Part shown: positions 25,580 to 39,839 of the stretch, in pieces
Numbering within the stretch: the first letter of the stretch is position 1
Layout of the letters: each line of letters begins with the position of its first letter
Assembly: GCF_006345805.1 (NCBI RefSeq)
Contig: NC_043015.1
Coordinates: 8,928,001 to 8,992,000 of the forward strand
Direction of reading: 5' to 3'
Origin: Octopus sinensis
Taxonomy: Eukaryota
DNA: 64,000 nt
Position numbers and translations under genes: made by a program
Notes under the pieces: generated by a model
Told to the model about the DNA's origin: nothing
Databases searched by the model: none
Seen by the model: the letters and a program-made list of their open reading frames with translations, nothing else

Positions 25580-28500
25580 TATAGTGGTCTATGTAGCTAC
25601 ATAGCTGAATGACCTCCCTTACAAGAAAGATTATAGAGTAACCTCCCTTTAATAAGTTTCTCGAAGCATTTCTGTCACGAGACGTGATTCTTAATTATTC
25701 AAGAAGCTTAGCATTTCCCTTGGAAATTTCTAGAAAATCAAGCGTTCCATTAAATAAAATCAGACTGCAAAACCTACTCTTCGCTTCGTAGTCGATTAGA
25801 CTTAGAGCTCTTCACGTCATTGTATTGTCCGTCTATTTCTACGCCACATGGCTGAAAACCACCTCTTAGCTGTTATTTCTATATTACCTATCTCTGAACT
25901 TTCTTGCATAAATTGTATCATTCAACTACATTCTATATTTTGATTATGTATCATCATTGAGCTGTAAATAAAATATATATTATATGTAGTAACTGTATAG
26001 TTCTTGAATTTATTCTTGATCTCTATATTAGCTCTTGTAATAATATACACGCATCCACATCTCAACACCTTGTGCTGAATATATATTCCCAATATATGAA
26101 TTAGTGACTAACTTTCAATGCCACAAATTACTTTGACTGAATTACCTTCAACTCAAACAAAGATGGTATCTGCTACAAATCATCAAGTATTACCTATTTT
26201 CACAGGAGATATCGCGGGCTGTATTGCCCAGTTAGAAGCTTTTAATCTGCAAATAAACACAATTCAGATCAAGGGCAGCTGCGCATTCTACATAGCACTA
26301 TACCAGCATCATTAACTGGAGAATTGCGAGACATTATTGCAGCTCAACCAGCAGACGGAAAGTATTCATCAGTTAAAAATGAAATTTTAAGACGAACCTT
26401 GCTCTCTTCTAAAATGAAATGCGGAAAACTTCTCAACGACGAGTATTTAGGAGACGGAACACTATCGGAAATGCGCAGAAAAATGCGGCAGCGCATAGAG
26501 GATAATCCTGCTGAAAGTAAGTTGCTTAAACAACTCTTTTTCTCCAGATTAGTACAGTATGTTCAATGTATACTCGCCCATTTGACAGAGGTTAACACAG
26601 TCGACCAACTTGCAGCATCGGCAGATAAAACTTTGGGGCATGCAAAATCCATTCCAGAACAGATCAACACTGCACTGCCAGTCGCTATAGTTACCGTTGA
26701 TTTCAAAAATTTCGTGAATCTACGCAAAGAATTATAGATAAGTTAGTCGCAGAAGTTCGTCTCATGCATATCAACAGACGTTCTTCCCCTCGTCGCTATC
26801 GTCATTCTAATTCCCGTTCTCCCACCAGATCAAAACCTTTTTGCTGGTATCAGTATAAGTTTGGTTCTGCAGCTAAGAAATGTATTTCACCTTGCACATT
26901 TAAAACTCATGAAAACTAAAAAGCCGAACTCCGAAAATTCCAGTTCCTGCTCTGGATTAGCAAATTTCTATCGACGTTTAATACCTCATTGTGCTGAAAC
27001 TTTATACTCTCTCAACAAATTACTGCAACACCTCATTCAACAATTCCACCATGATGAATGGCAACCTCCGACGTTTTTCTGTTCTGAGCGGTTAAATTCA
27101 GCTGAAACTAAATATAACGCGTTCAGTCGTAAACTGTTAGCTTTTCACCCCTCTGTTATACACTTCCAACGCATTTTTGAATGGAGAAACTTCGCAACAA
27201 TTATGGATCATAAGCCGTTATTATTCGCTTTACACTGCAAGCCAGATAAACTTTCTCCGACTGATAAACGATATATTCTAGGTTCTGAGAACATTGTTGC
27301 AGATTCTTTATCCCGTTTACCTGTAAACGCGTTATTTTCAACTGCAGAAATTAACGTGGACGAAATGTGGAATCAACCATCCGTTGATATCAATGATATG
27401 GAACAACCATAACTAATTCTTTTCGACCTCCAGTTTTTCCCAGTTGTGACATGTCTTCTAAATGTGGCATAATCTTTAATCACAAGATCTCTCGTTTCGG
27501 AACACATATAAAAATGACAACTGATCGCGTACGTCAATTTGAAACTAAGCTATTCCAGAAACTAAACCAGACGTTAGGAAGTAAACACATCAGTCCACTA
27601 GTTATCACCTAGCTTCGAACGGTATGATCGAAAGATTTCCCCGACAGCTTAAAGCTGCATCGTGCGCTACTGCTGATTCATTTCGATGGATTGAGTTTCT
27701 CCCTATTGTTCTCTTGGGTCTCCGCTCTTCTATCAAATATGATATTGGATATTCTCCTGCAGAATTATATTATGGTTCTTCCTTCAGGCTGCCTGATCAT
27801 ATGATTGTTCCTGCAAACACGCAAGGTGTCGACACTACAAATTTCGTTGAACGCTTGCGTGATTATAAGTCAAAGTTACCATATATGAACACCAGAAAAC
27901 AAGATATTAAAACATATTTGCCTAAGGAATATTCTTCCTGGACTCATTTTTTTGTCCATAACGATGCGCTTAAACATCCTTTGACAGCACAGTATTCGGT
28001 GCTTCATGTAGGGGTAAAGACTTCATGTACGAATAAAGTTTCCATCTTAGACCTTAACGGTCGTAAATTCATTCTATCTCTTGTTATACTAAAAAACGGC
28101 TCACATTGAAAAACCTATTTCCAACCCCACTGCAGACAAAACACAAAGACAAACACAGCATTACAAATGCGTCCTTTACACACAACTTCACAAGCTCTGA
28201 CTAACAAAAGCGGTAGAGATGTGCATTGGCACGAGAATTTAACAAACATTTATTACATTTGGACTGTGATATTGTTTCTATACTTTGACATATTATGGTG
28301 TATACATGTTTGTTATTTTCATTAGTGTATAACGTAACATCTACTTGGGTGGGGTGTAGCGGTCTGTGTCGGTAGATAGTTGAATGATCTCCCTTGCAAG
28401 AAAGAGTATTGAGTAACCTCCCTGTACTACGTTTCTCGAAGTAACTGTATCATAAGGTGTGATTCTTAATTATTCAAGATGCATAATGTTTCTCTTGGAA

Positions 28501-28836
28501 GATTCTACAATGTCTAGCGTTGCATTAATAAAAACAGCTTGTAAAACCTGCTCTTCGCTTCTTAATCGATTAGACGTAGAGCTATTCACGCCATTGTTAT
28601 GTCCGTCTATTTCTCTACGCCACATGATCTATCTATGAACATTCTTGCATTGATTACGTCATTGAAATACATTCTACATTCTGATTATGCAGTATAATCA
28701 ACCAGCAAATAATTTATATTTTTACGTAGTAAATATATAGTTTTTGAATGTATTCTTCATTTCTATATGAACTCTTGTAACAATATACATGCAGCCACAT
28801 CAACAGCTGGTACTGAATATATATTTTCACTAAACA
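25580..28836 (+). mobile_element. Internally deleted Ty3/Gypsy LTR retrotransposon with both LTRs
   Basis: Homologous but diverged LTRs at ~25580-26096 and 28355-28836 (TG...CA), PPT GGGTGGGG just before the 3' LTR. gag remnants (LLNDEYLGDGTLSEMRRKMRQ, CWYQYKFGSAAKKC), RNase H (AETKYNAFSRKLLA, DHKPL) and integrase (NGMIERFPRQLK, YSPAELYYG). PR and RT absent. Confidence 0.9.
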
Positions 28837-28850
28837 TATACATGCATACA

Positions 28851-28961
<111 letters not shown>

Positions 28962-29589
28962 CTCTCTATCTGTCTACATATAAATATATATATATATATA
29001 TCATTATACATATATTTTAATGTATGTGAATATGCTCCAAATCTAGTTGGGTATATACTTAATGTGATGTCAGGATATTTTCTCAAAAAACTTTCAAAAA
29101 TAAAAATGGCGCCCGTTCGAAACGATGCATCCACAAAGATATTAGGTTGTATATGTCAGTGAAACAGGAACTAGTAAAAATAAAATATATATATAACATA
29201 TTCATCAATTCAGAAAAAGTAAGTAAGGCGTCATAAATATGACGACATAATAGAAAGTAAATACATTCAGAAATACACTAAATTATAGTCGACTAAATAT
29301 GGAGTATTCAAAGATACTATAAATGCTGAAAATTCAATATCGCTTAACTTACTTGCAATATTGATGATAAATCATTTAACTAGAATAAATTCATATGAAT
29401 TATTATGGCAAGTAATTCAATGTTACAAGCAACAATAAAATGTGAAATTGTAAAAAGCTCTGAATTCAAGAAAATAAAACCACGCGACATTTAGCACATA
29501 CAATTTTGGATTACACCCATGTAAAATATATTCAAACACACACATACACTCATATATATATTTGTATCTATATAAACATATGCCTATAA

Positions 29590-29641
<52 letters not shown>

Positions 29642-29731
29642 TAATATAGATATTTAAATGACTATTATATATGTAAACCATGTATCATTATATCCATGTG
29701 TTAACAAGAAAAAGTAGATACATGTATGTAT

Positions 29732-29764
<33 letters not shown>

Positions 29765-29853
29765 CGCATATATATATATCAATTTAAATACGCATATATA
29801 TTCATATCTATATACACATATATACATATATATAAGTATATTTATCCATATAA

Positions 29854-29899
<46 letters not shown>

Positions 29900-31047
29900 A
29901 TTACGTGTATATGCAAGTAACTAGAATTCGCATGTAAGTAACTAGATAGTAGCTATTTCTACATCAATTATACAACAGAGATTAAGAGAGAGTGGTGGTG
30001 AATAGAGAATAAAAGCACAGTGAAATAAGTATATAGATAGCTAAACGGAGAGAGTGAGATGGGGAGAAAATGGAGTAGAGGGAAATATATTCTATTTAGG
30101 ATGAGATATAACTATTTCACCGTCCATTTATTTTATTTACAAAATTTTAAACATTTCCGATACATGGCTGCAAACCATCTTACAGGCGTATAAACACGAT
30201 AAAACTTCACAATCATAGCCACAAAAACTCTCACAATTATATATATATATATATGCAGACACACACTTACACATACAGAAGCACACACACATATAAATAT
30301 ATATATATATATATGCATACATACATACGCATGCCTCCGTTTGTGTGTCAGTGTATTCCCGTGTGTTTGTGATTGTGTGTGAATAAATGTTGTAAAAACA
30401 ACACATACCTTAAAGTGGTCAGGAATTAATTACTTTCTTTCCAACTTATTCGCATGCAGAAATACAGACAGATATACCTACTTACGTATCTATAATAAAT
30501 ATGTATATATGTGTATAATTGTGCGTATACATGTGCAAAGACTTTATGAATGGTTATACCATTCAATGTATGTAAAGACATATACATGTCAATATGTATA
30601 TGTATACAATCATATTCCAGTATGTGTACGCATATATCCATATATAGATGTAAAGGCATAAATAGCTGGATAGATAATTTCAATGGAAACTGGTACGGCA
30701 TGAGACATACGCAAACATATACAGAATGTAAGAGCGAAGCTTTCAATCGTTTCTTTCATTAACTCCAAAATAATTTCATTGTCTACCGAGCATGTCGTCT
30801 GCTTTAACAGAATTCGATTTCTATCAGACCATCGGGATGTTATTTACTTATTGCTCATATGTTCCCTATCACTATAGATTTGTTTACTGAACTATTTCAT
30901 TTTTTCGTTCTATAGGGAAAATTGTTTTACAAAAACTCGCAATTTCTGTACAAAGACCTATATCATCTCTCTGGAAGACTCTGAACATATATACAGGCAT
31001 GCATGCTTACACAGATATATACAAGCATATATACATATATATTATTT

Positions 31048-31104
<57 letters not shown>

Positions 31105-31152
31105 GTCAAGGTAGTAGTAGCAATAGTAGTAGTAGTAGTTCTAGTAGAAATG

Positions 31153-31207
<55 letters not shown>

Positions 31208-31209
<2 letters not shown>

Positions 31210-31425
31210 AGCCGGTGAGCTGGCTAAAATTTTAGCATGCGGATATAATGCTTAGCGGTATCTCGTCCGTTTTTTACGTTGTGAGTTCAAATTTCACCGA
31301 GGTCGGCTTTGCCTTTGATCATACAGAATCCGATAAAGTGTGCAACTGTTGAAGATTGAACTGGATGTAATCTGCTTTCTCTCTCACCTGGAATTACTGG
31401 CCTTGTGCCAAAACTCGAAATCATT
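31208..31425 (+). mobile_element. Diverged family A-related SINE
   Basis: GGTGAGCTGGC...GAGTTCAAATTTCACCGAGG head, with a different tail GGCCTTGTGCCAAAACTCGAAA. Confidence 0.7.
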
Positions 31426-31578
31426 ATCATCTACATTATTGTTATTTTGGTTTGGCTCAGTCACAATATAACCCCTGCGAGGATTTATTTTGCCACTGGT
31501 TTACTACCAATAAACTTAAGCATCTACAAGTTTTCATCTACAAGTTTTCAGCCGTGTTTCAAGTGCGTAGAACCCTCC

Positions 31579-31647
<69 letters not shown>

Positions 31648-31648
<1 letters not shown>

Positions 31649-34255
31649 TATGTTTGACTTTTGCTTTATGTCTGTACAAGTTGGCTCCAAGTCTCACCCA
31701 GAAACCTTAAGAGACAACAGGTTGGAAGTTCTGTGCCATATATTTGGGGGGGTTGTGTTTTTTGGTGTTGTACTAGTGGATGTCTAATACATAAAAATAA
31801 AATAAAAATAAAATAATAAATAAATAAAATAAACAAATAAAAAAAGTTTGTTTTAAACCTTGGGATTACATAGAGAGTATTTTGCGTAGGATATGAGCAG
31901 TTCCCATGAGCACTATCTTCTGAATTTCTGCCATTTTGGGGTTTCCTCGTATCTGAGTTAGGTAGCAATCAGTCCCTTTCGCAATCATTCCCAGGGCACC
32001 TATGACAACAGGTATTATTTTAGTCTTCAGCTTCCACATTTTGCTGATTTCTATTTCAAGATCTTTATATTTGCTCAGTTTTTGGTAGGTCTTGACAGAT
32101 ACGTTTACATCGATTGAGACAGTCATATCAATGAGGAGGCATGTTCTTTGTCTGAAGACTTTTAATATGATGTCTGACCTTTTTGCATCTATCTTCCTGT
32201 CAGTTTGAATGGTGAAGTTCCAGAGAAGTGAGATGTGGTCATTTTCAAGTACTGGAGGTGGATTGTGTTCCCACCAGTTTTTTTCATGGGGCAAATCCAG
32301 GTTTTTGCAAATTACACAGTGAATATATTGTGCAGCTCTATTATGCCTGTTGAGGTACTATGTAGGCGCTAGAAGACTGCATTTGGAGACAACATGATCA
32401 ATGGTTTCATTTTGTTGTCGGCATACACGACATGTTGGGCTACTGCCGTTCTTTAATATGTTGGCCTGGTAGTTTCTTGTTGGTAGGCATTGATCTTGAG
32501 CTGCTATGATAAACCCCTCTGTTTCAGATTTTAAGCCAGAGGCCATTAGCCATTGATGGGTCAGGGCTTTGTCGATATCTGCATTATTCGCTCTCTTTGG
32601 GTATTTGCCATAGAGAGGTTTTTCTTGCCATTTATTATTCAGAATATCTAAGGCCGCAGTTTTGGCACGGGTTTTCATGCGCCTAGCTTTTTTCTGTGCT
32701 TTTTTCTTGTTTGTCTATCTCTAATTCCGAAATTGGTTGTATTCGGAATTCACTTAGATATTCCTTTGCCTGTTTTGTGACTGAGTATGATGCTTTCTTG
32801 TTTTCATGTTTTGAGACAAGTTTTAACATCCAGTCCTCAGAATTTTTCAGGTAGGTGTCTAGGCCAATTGTATAAATCTTCATTGTTATTGCCAGTTGCA
32901 AAAGACTACGGCCTTCCTCTTTTCTTGGCAGATAGAGTCGTTCTGTATCTGCCTTAGGGTGGTGCATTCTATGCATTGTCAACAGTTTCCTTATTTTTCT
33001 GTCGAGCTGACATATTTCAGTAATTGACCATTTAACAATATTGAAACTGTAAGTCACGACTGGTACGGCTAATGCATTGATCGCTTCGATCCTGTTTCTT
33101 GCATTCAGCTCTGTCTTGAATATTGCTCTCACTCTTCGATAGCATTCTCTCCTGATCCTTTCCTTCATCTCTGAATGCCTTATTCCGTTCCCTTCAATTA
33201 CCCCTAGGTACTTGTAGCTCTGCGCTGGGTCTAGTTCTTTTATGACATTCTGCTGGTCAAGGTTAACGTTAGATGTTTCTGTCATTTTTCCTTTGATAAA
33301 GGTAGCTTTTGCACATTTATCGAGGCCGAATTGCATTCTGATGTCGTCACTGAATTGTTTGACTATCGCTAGTAAGCCCTTGAGTTTTTGGTCATTTTTT
33401 GCAAAAATCTTTAAATCATCCATGTAAATGAGATGATTTATATTTTTATCAAACATTTTATACCCGTACTGCGCTTCATTGAGCAGCTTTGAGAGAGGTA
33501 TTAAGGATAAACAAAAGAGGAGTGGTGACAGTGAGTCACCCTGGTAAATGCCACACAAAATTTTTACATCACCAGCATTTAGGGATTCATTGTCACTGTT
33601 CAGAGTTAGTGTGGTTCTCCATGATCTCATACTTACAGTCAAGAAGTTTGGCAGAGTAGGTGCTATCTTATACATTTCCAGGCATTTCGTAATCCAGCTA
33701 TGTGGTAGGCTATCAAAAGCCTTTTTATAGTCTATCCAGGCTATTGATAAGTTTTTGTGTCGTTTGTGACACTCTTCTAAGATCATCTTATTGATGAGTA
33801 GTTGGTCTTTACAGCCGTAGGATCCACGTTTACATCCTTACTGTTCATTAGGGAATATGCTGCTGTCTGTTAAAAAAACTATAGGTATATTCCGTCAGTA
33901 CAGATGTTAGCGTTTTGTACATAGTTGTTAAGCAGGTTATGGGTCTATAGTTTTTTGGTTCATTTCTTTCTTCACTTTTTGGAAGCAGGAATGTTAACCC
34001 ATTAACTAGCCAAGCATACTACTAGGATGTTGCAAAACATCATTGTACCGTTATGTTAGCAGTTCATGGCTCTCTGGGAAGGCATTGAGTCAGAAGTTAA
34101 GAATTTTATCCTTTCCTGGAGACTTCCATTTGCTTGAACTCCTGAGAGCAGATCTTATATCTTCTACCTTGACACCCTCCCACGTTTGCTCTTCTAAGGT
34201 GTCCAGTTCTGTAGATATTCTGTCAATCCAGGGGGCCTTTTCGTTGTGTGTTTTT

Positions 34256-34257
<2 letters not shown>
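31648..34257 (-). mobile_element. 5'-truncated non-LTR retrotransposon, R4/Dong-like (RT, CCHC, restriction-like endonuclease)
   Basis: RT motifs YKKAFDSLPH, YQGDSLSPLLF and YMDDLK; CCHC CRVCRQQNETIDHVVSKC; RLE motif RSDII..IDMTV..KYKDL. Single ORF broken by stops and frameshifts, ending at 31866. (TAA)n at both ends. Confidence 0.92.
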
Positions 34258-34290
<33 letters not shown>

Positions 34291-34343
34291 CATTATTATT
34301 TTAATTGGTGTGTTTGTTGTTGTTGTTGTTATTATTATTATTA

Positions 34344-34399
<56 letters not shown>

Positions 34400-35395
34400 A
34401 ACCTGAATTGCTTCCCATTCTACATTAGTACGTACATACATCATCCATCACACATTCAGTGAACGGAGGCCTCAGTATGGTCTCTCTACCAACGATGGTC
34501 CTATTTTCTCCGTATCCATATCTGGGTACTGAAGAATTTAATAGTCTTCTTTCCAACTTCTGTATGGTATTCAGCTCCATTTTTTTTTTTTTTGTAATTT
34601 TGGGCGTGTTCTCCACTCTGTCAATTTGTTATTTCCTCTATTATCCTTTCTTTAAACACATGTTCCCGTCCCGATAATATCACTTCCATATAATGTACAT
34701 TCAAGCTCTTACCACATTTATTCCGTTTTTTTTTAACTTATACATTTTGTTACTACTCATCATTTTCCTTTCAAACGCTCTTTGTCTTGTACAACATTTT
34801 TTAGGGTACTCTGTGATGATGATGCATACGTAAATATGAGGAGCACAGACTGTCTCGAGACCTTTGTTTTTAGATACCTGGTTCAATTTCTACTAATAAT
34901 GTGATTCAATTTACCAATGTATCCCCATCCTAACTTTATTAGTCTTTCAATTTCCTTGATCTGGTTTTTTTATCTTCTAAATAGTTTATATGTCGAAGTT
35001 AAGTGTAAAGATTCACATGTACATCATAACAATAATAATAATAACAATAATGAAAGTATTATCTATGTATATATGCAGGTATATATCTGTGTAAGCATGC
35101 ATAATCTTCCAGCTGTACTTAGATGTTTCAGTATCATCTTCGTTTCACTAATATAAATTGTGACACTTATTTTTTTTTTTGTTTTTATCACTTTACTGAG
35201 CATGTCTGTTGATACTTTAATGCTCCTAAAATTAGTAAAGTATCATCAAGAACGCATTTGGGATGATTTCTCTTGTTATAGCTTATATGTTTTGTACACG
35301 GATCCGTTACATGCCAAGGTTCTTGGCATGTAATTCTATGCGCTGCAAGTTGATGTCATGACCATTTCCCAAAAAATCTAATCTGTTGCATGTAA

Positions 35396-35638
<243 letters not shown>

Positions 35639-36732
35639 GGATAATAGTAAAAAGGATTGACGTAAGTCTTCACAAAGGTACGCAGACAAGATGAAGAATA
35701 CGATGCGATTGCAATAAATATTTTGTTGGTTCGACGATATTTCGTCAGTAAGCCTGTCTTCGTCGAGTGCAAATTAAGGATTCATAAAAATTCAAAATTG
35801 TAGAATTTTAAATTTAAAGTATGAACGAAAGCAACCAGCGTGCATACATTGATGGACTGACATCATGAGTCTTCAAGTTTCAATCTTATAACAGCTGAAA
35901 TGAAAATGACAGAAAACAAAACACGGAAAAAATGTAAGAATGAAGAACGTGAAAAAGAAGAAAGTTTTATGAAACACTTATTCATAAATTTGATGAAATT
36001 CTCTTGTCATTTTATTCATGGCGTGATGTTACTAACTCGCAAACATATTTCTCCTCGTGTTTTTCAGAAGGGAAAGTGTAGCAGATTCAGGATATTTTCT
36101 GGGAATATGCACTTTCAAACCGTTTTCAAAATTGCAACCGTCTGAAACAAAATGTTAGGCCACTATATCGAACTACTGTTATTGTGCCTGACGTGATATA
36201 TGCACCTATTTAATCTTTTATTGAATTGTTCTGTTTCTGGTGCGTGTATTCTGCTGTGTAACCCAAATGGGAAACTCTGCAAATCCCTGTTACGATTCCT
36301 GGTGGAATTTACTTGAAGCATGTTGTTGCACAACGAACAGGGCTTACCACTCTTGCTTCTGTTTTTCAAGGTACAACTTGCAGCTACTCCAATGTTCGTT
36401 TTCTTGGAGTCAGGTTCTTGATATGACGCCCTGGGGATATGAATAAAATTACATGAGAATAACATAAATTCATACAAAACTGTTTGAATCAATAGTCTTC
36501 TTTTTCCCCATTTTGTCTGTCTCTTTTTTCTGTCTTTTTTCGTATATTTTTCTTTTCACCTGTTATAAAATTTAAACATAAAGACTGATGATGTCATTCC
36601 GTCCACCTGTGAACCCATGTTCCTCTCATTCATAGTTTAAAGTTAAATTTCTATAATTTTATCACTTGTTATTTTGAACTCGACTAAGACCGGCTTAATA
36701 AAAATAATAAGAAGAATAATAACAATAATACG

Positions 36733-36878
36733 AAGAAGAAGAAGAAGAAGAAGAGGAAGAGGAAGTGGAAGAAGAAGAAGAAGAAGAAGAAGAAGAAGAA
36801 GAATAATAATAAGAAGAATAGGAAGATGAAGAAGAAGAATAAGACGAAGAGAAGAAGAAGCAGAAGAAGAAGAAGAAG
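36733..36878. repeat. (GAA)n microsatellite
   Basis: Direct inspection. Confidence 0.95.
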
Positions 36879-38307
36879 ATGAATATAATTTATGGAAGTA
36901 CAAGTATTTCTGTAAATCGATTGTCATATTTGCGAATGGCAGTTTGCCAGATGTCATAGAACAGTTGAAGTAGCCTCTTCGTGCTTGTATCTTAAAATAA
37001 AAAAAACTTGATGGAATGTTTTCGCCTAATATATCTGACAGCCCTACAAATTCTACTATCCTGATACATTTTATGTCCTTTGAATTCATGTGCACATATT
37101 TAGTTAACCCTGCATTTCAAATAGAATGGTATACCACAATGCATTGATTGTGTATATATAATTATTCCTATTCCCGATCGTATATATCCCTACGGGCGGG
37201 GAAGGATTTAACGTTATATTATTTTTTTATCAAATGTATATCATCAACGCTTATATTGTTGGACATTTTCATTTATTGAGCAGAAAATTCGGGCCTGTGC
37301 TTTGCTAAATTTGCATTTGACTATTTTTTACTTTAAGGTGTATATATATATTCTTCATAGAACTACTTAGGATTCGTATTTATCTTAGATCTAACATGTT
37401 GTGCTCATACATAGTAGTCCGTCAGATAAGGCCAAAGAGCACTACATATTGCCTAACACATGCTTATGTTAACTGACGATTTGAAGTATATGAAATGGCA
37501 GCGTACGTTGTATTAATCGTCTTTTGCAGAAATATTACTCAAAATTGAATCGTAATTTGATCCGTCGTATCTCACATTATATATAAAAAAACATAGAAGA
37601 TTGGTATAGTTGATAGAAATTCTGAAGAGAAATTATTGGAAAAGATTAAGGAGAATATTCCATTACATTCGGGAAGCAGAGATATTAGGAATAATTATAA
37701 TCCAAATCGGAATATGGAAGCTCCAATTGAAGTGAATATAAGGAATTAATAATAAAGGCTGTTAACTGGAAGTAATAAACAGCGCTTATTGGATGATCTT
37801 ATAGCATATAATAATCCTAAAAAGGATTATTTATGTAATTTAACGGTAAGCGTTTCTATTTCGAAATATATATCTAAAATAAAATATACATTAAAATATT
37901 TGAATACAATGAAGATAGAAAAAAAAAACATTTAGGTATATGAAATGCTAAATATATTTCAAATATATCCAAAAGAATTATTGAGATTAATTATAAAAAT
38001 AATAAGCAATAACATAAGTTAAAGAACCATATAATTATATATTGAATTATACTTGCTATACTAAATACACTTGGCCACGAAATGGCAAATACAACGTAAT
38101 ACATTATTATATTGCATTCATCGGTATTATATATATGTATTATGTAATGTATAGGAAAATATATTTGAATGTCTACAGCGCAGCACTAATTCATATATAT
38201 ATAATTTAATTTGTTATATTTAGATGTAACAATATGTAATATATATGCTGAAGTTAGCGGTTCCTCATGATTTTAATACCTTATATTTTAGCGTGTAAGA
38301 AGAGTGC

Positions 38308-38500
38308 CTAATACCGTACAATTATCGCTTTTAAGCTCCAGATTGACATGAGTATCGTCAAGGCTCCAATTGACTGAAATACTTGAAAGTTTTCTCTTTT
38401 ATGTTTAAATGAAGATAAATGATCATGTATATATATTGATTTAAAATTTGTTGTGCAACCACCCATGTAACAGTGTTTTCTTAAGCATTTGAAATAACCG
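38308..38500 (-). pseudogene. PLE GIY-YIG endonuclease remnant
   Basis: CYMGGCTTNFKS..HLSSFKHK..LMSIWSLK resembles the YIG-T-FKxRYxNHxSSF..LSxxIWxLK part of the PLE endonuclease. Confidence 0.55.
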
Positions 38501-38821
38501 TTTCCTGAAGCACTACTCATTAGTTAAATTTTACAATTTAGAAATTTTTTACAAATACATAACCGGTGAAACGCATCAATGAGTGATTATCTGTACGTAT
38601 TTTCACATTTCATTAATTGTTAGTATAAGAATACGCTTTATATTAATATATGATACATTATATATACACACGGCAAATCTATGTGAAATAGATATTTCTT
38701 ATTCTCTACATATAACACTAGGTTCGTTAGTATTATTACAATTATTATTGATACTTACTTACAATTACATTTATTCATTTTCTTCCCCTGACGCCGAAGT
38801 ACAAAGACAAATAATAATAAT

Positions 38822-38873
<52 letters not shown>

Positions 38874-39014
38874 TGTTTTTCCTTATTTGATTTGCCTAAT
38901 AGTGGTTTTATCTCTAATTTTAATTATATTTATACTGTGAAATCGCATTTAATCTAAATCTAATTTTTCCCTGTAAGTTTAAATTATTCCCTATTATTAT
39001 TATTATTATTATTA

Positions 39015-39056
<42 letters not shown>

Positions 39057-39070
39057 CATTATTATTATTA

Positions 39071-39114
<44 letters not shown>

Positions 39115-39119
<5 letters not shown>

Positions 39120-39514
39120 TTAGGGAATAAATCCAAATTTACAGGGAAAAAATCAGATTTAGGATTAAATCCAATTTTATAGTAAAATATTATAAAATAT
39201 TATTAGAGACAAAACCACTATTTTGCAAACAAACAAGGAAAGACTTAATCAATACATAAAATTTTAATAAATAGTCAAAAAACCGCCACTACAATTGTTT
39301 CTTGTCTTGATCGACAATCTTCAGGTGGACTTCCAATAAGTCAGTTTCAAATTATAATTTGAAACTGACTTATTGGAAGTCCACCTGAAGATTGTCGATC
39401 AAGACAAAAACAATTGTAGTGGCGGTTTTTTGACTATTTATTAAATTTTATGTATTGATTAAGCCTTCCTTGTTTGTTTTGCAAAATAGTGGTTTTGTCT
39501 CTAATAATATTTTA
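39115..39514. mobile_element. Fold-back PLE-type element with a spacerless ~160-bp-arm palindrome
   Basis: 39193-39354 is the reverse complement of 39355-39514, centred on CAAATTA|TAATTTG, with a few mismatches. (TA)n on both flanks. Confidence 0.9.
39286..39328 (-). ncRNA. Minimal type I hammerhead ribozyme
   Basis: Minus strand: CCAC CTGAAGA TTGTC-GATCAA-GACAA GAAA C-AATT-GT A GTGG. All core nucleotides are present. Confidence 0.85.
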
Positions 39515-39839
39515 CATATATATATATATATATATGAAAGATGGTTCCGTATATGCATATACTGCTAAATGTATATGTAATTGTAGTTAAAATTTTGAAA
39601 CGGATATAACTTTTCATGTATAAATTGATTAATATTTTACAAACAATTGTTTACCCTGGGTATTTACACTCTGTCTCTTTTCATAAGCTATTTTTATTTA
39701 AGGTTTTCTTCGATTTTACAGTAAGATTATTTTATGCCAAAACGTGTCATTGCATGTAACTGGTCATTGAAAGACTGTTAGTTGAAAGGACCAATGCGAC
39801 AAAAGCATTTTCATATGTGTATCAATTAAACTAATTTTA

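Noticed and set aside
37560-38300. Possible PLE reverse transcriptase relic
   Set aside because: The motifs are too faint to support a call.
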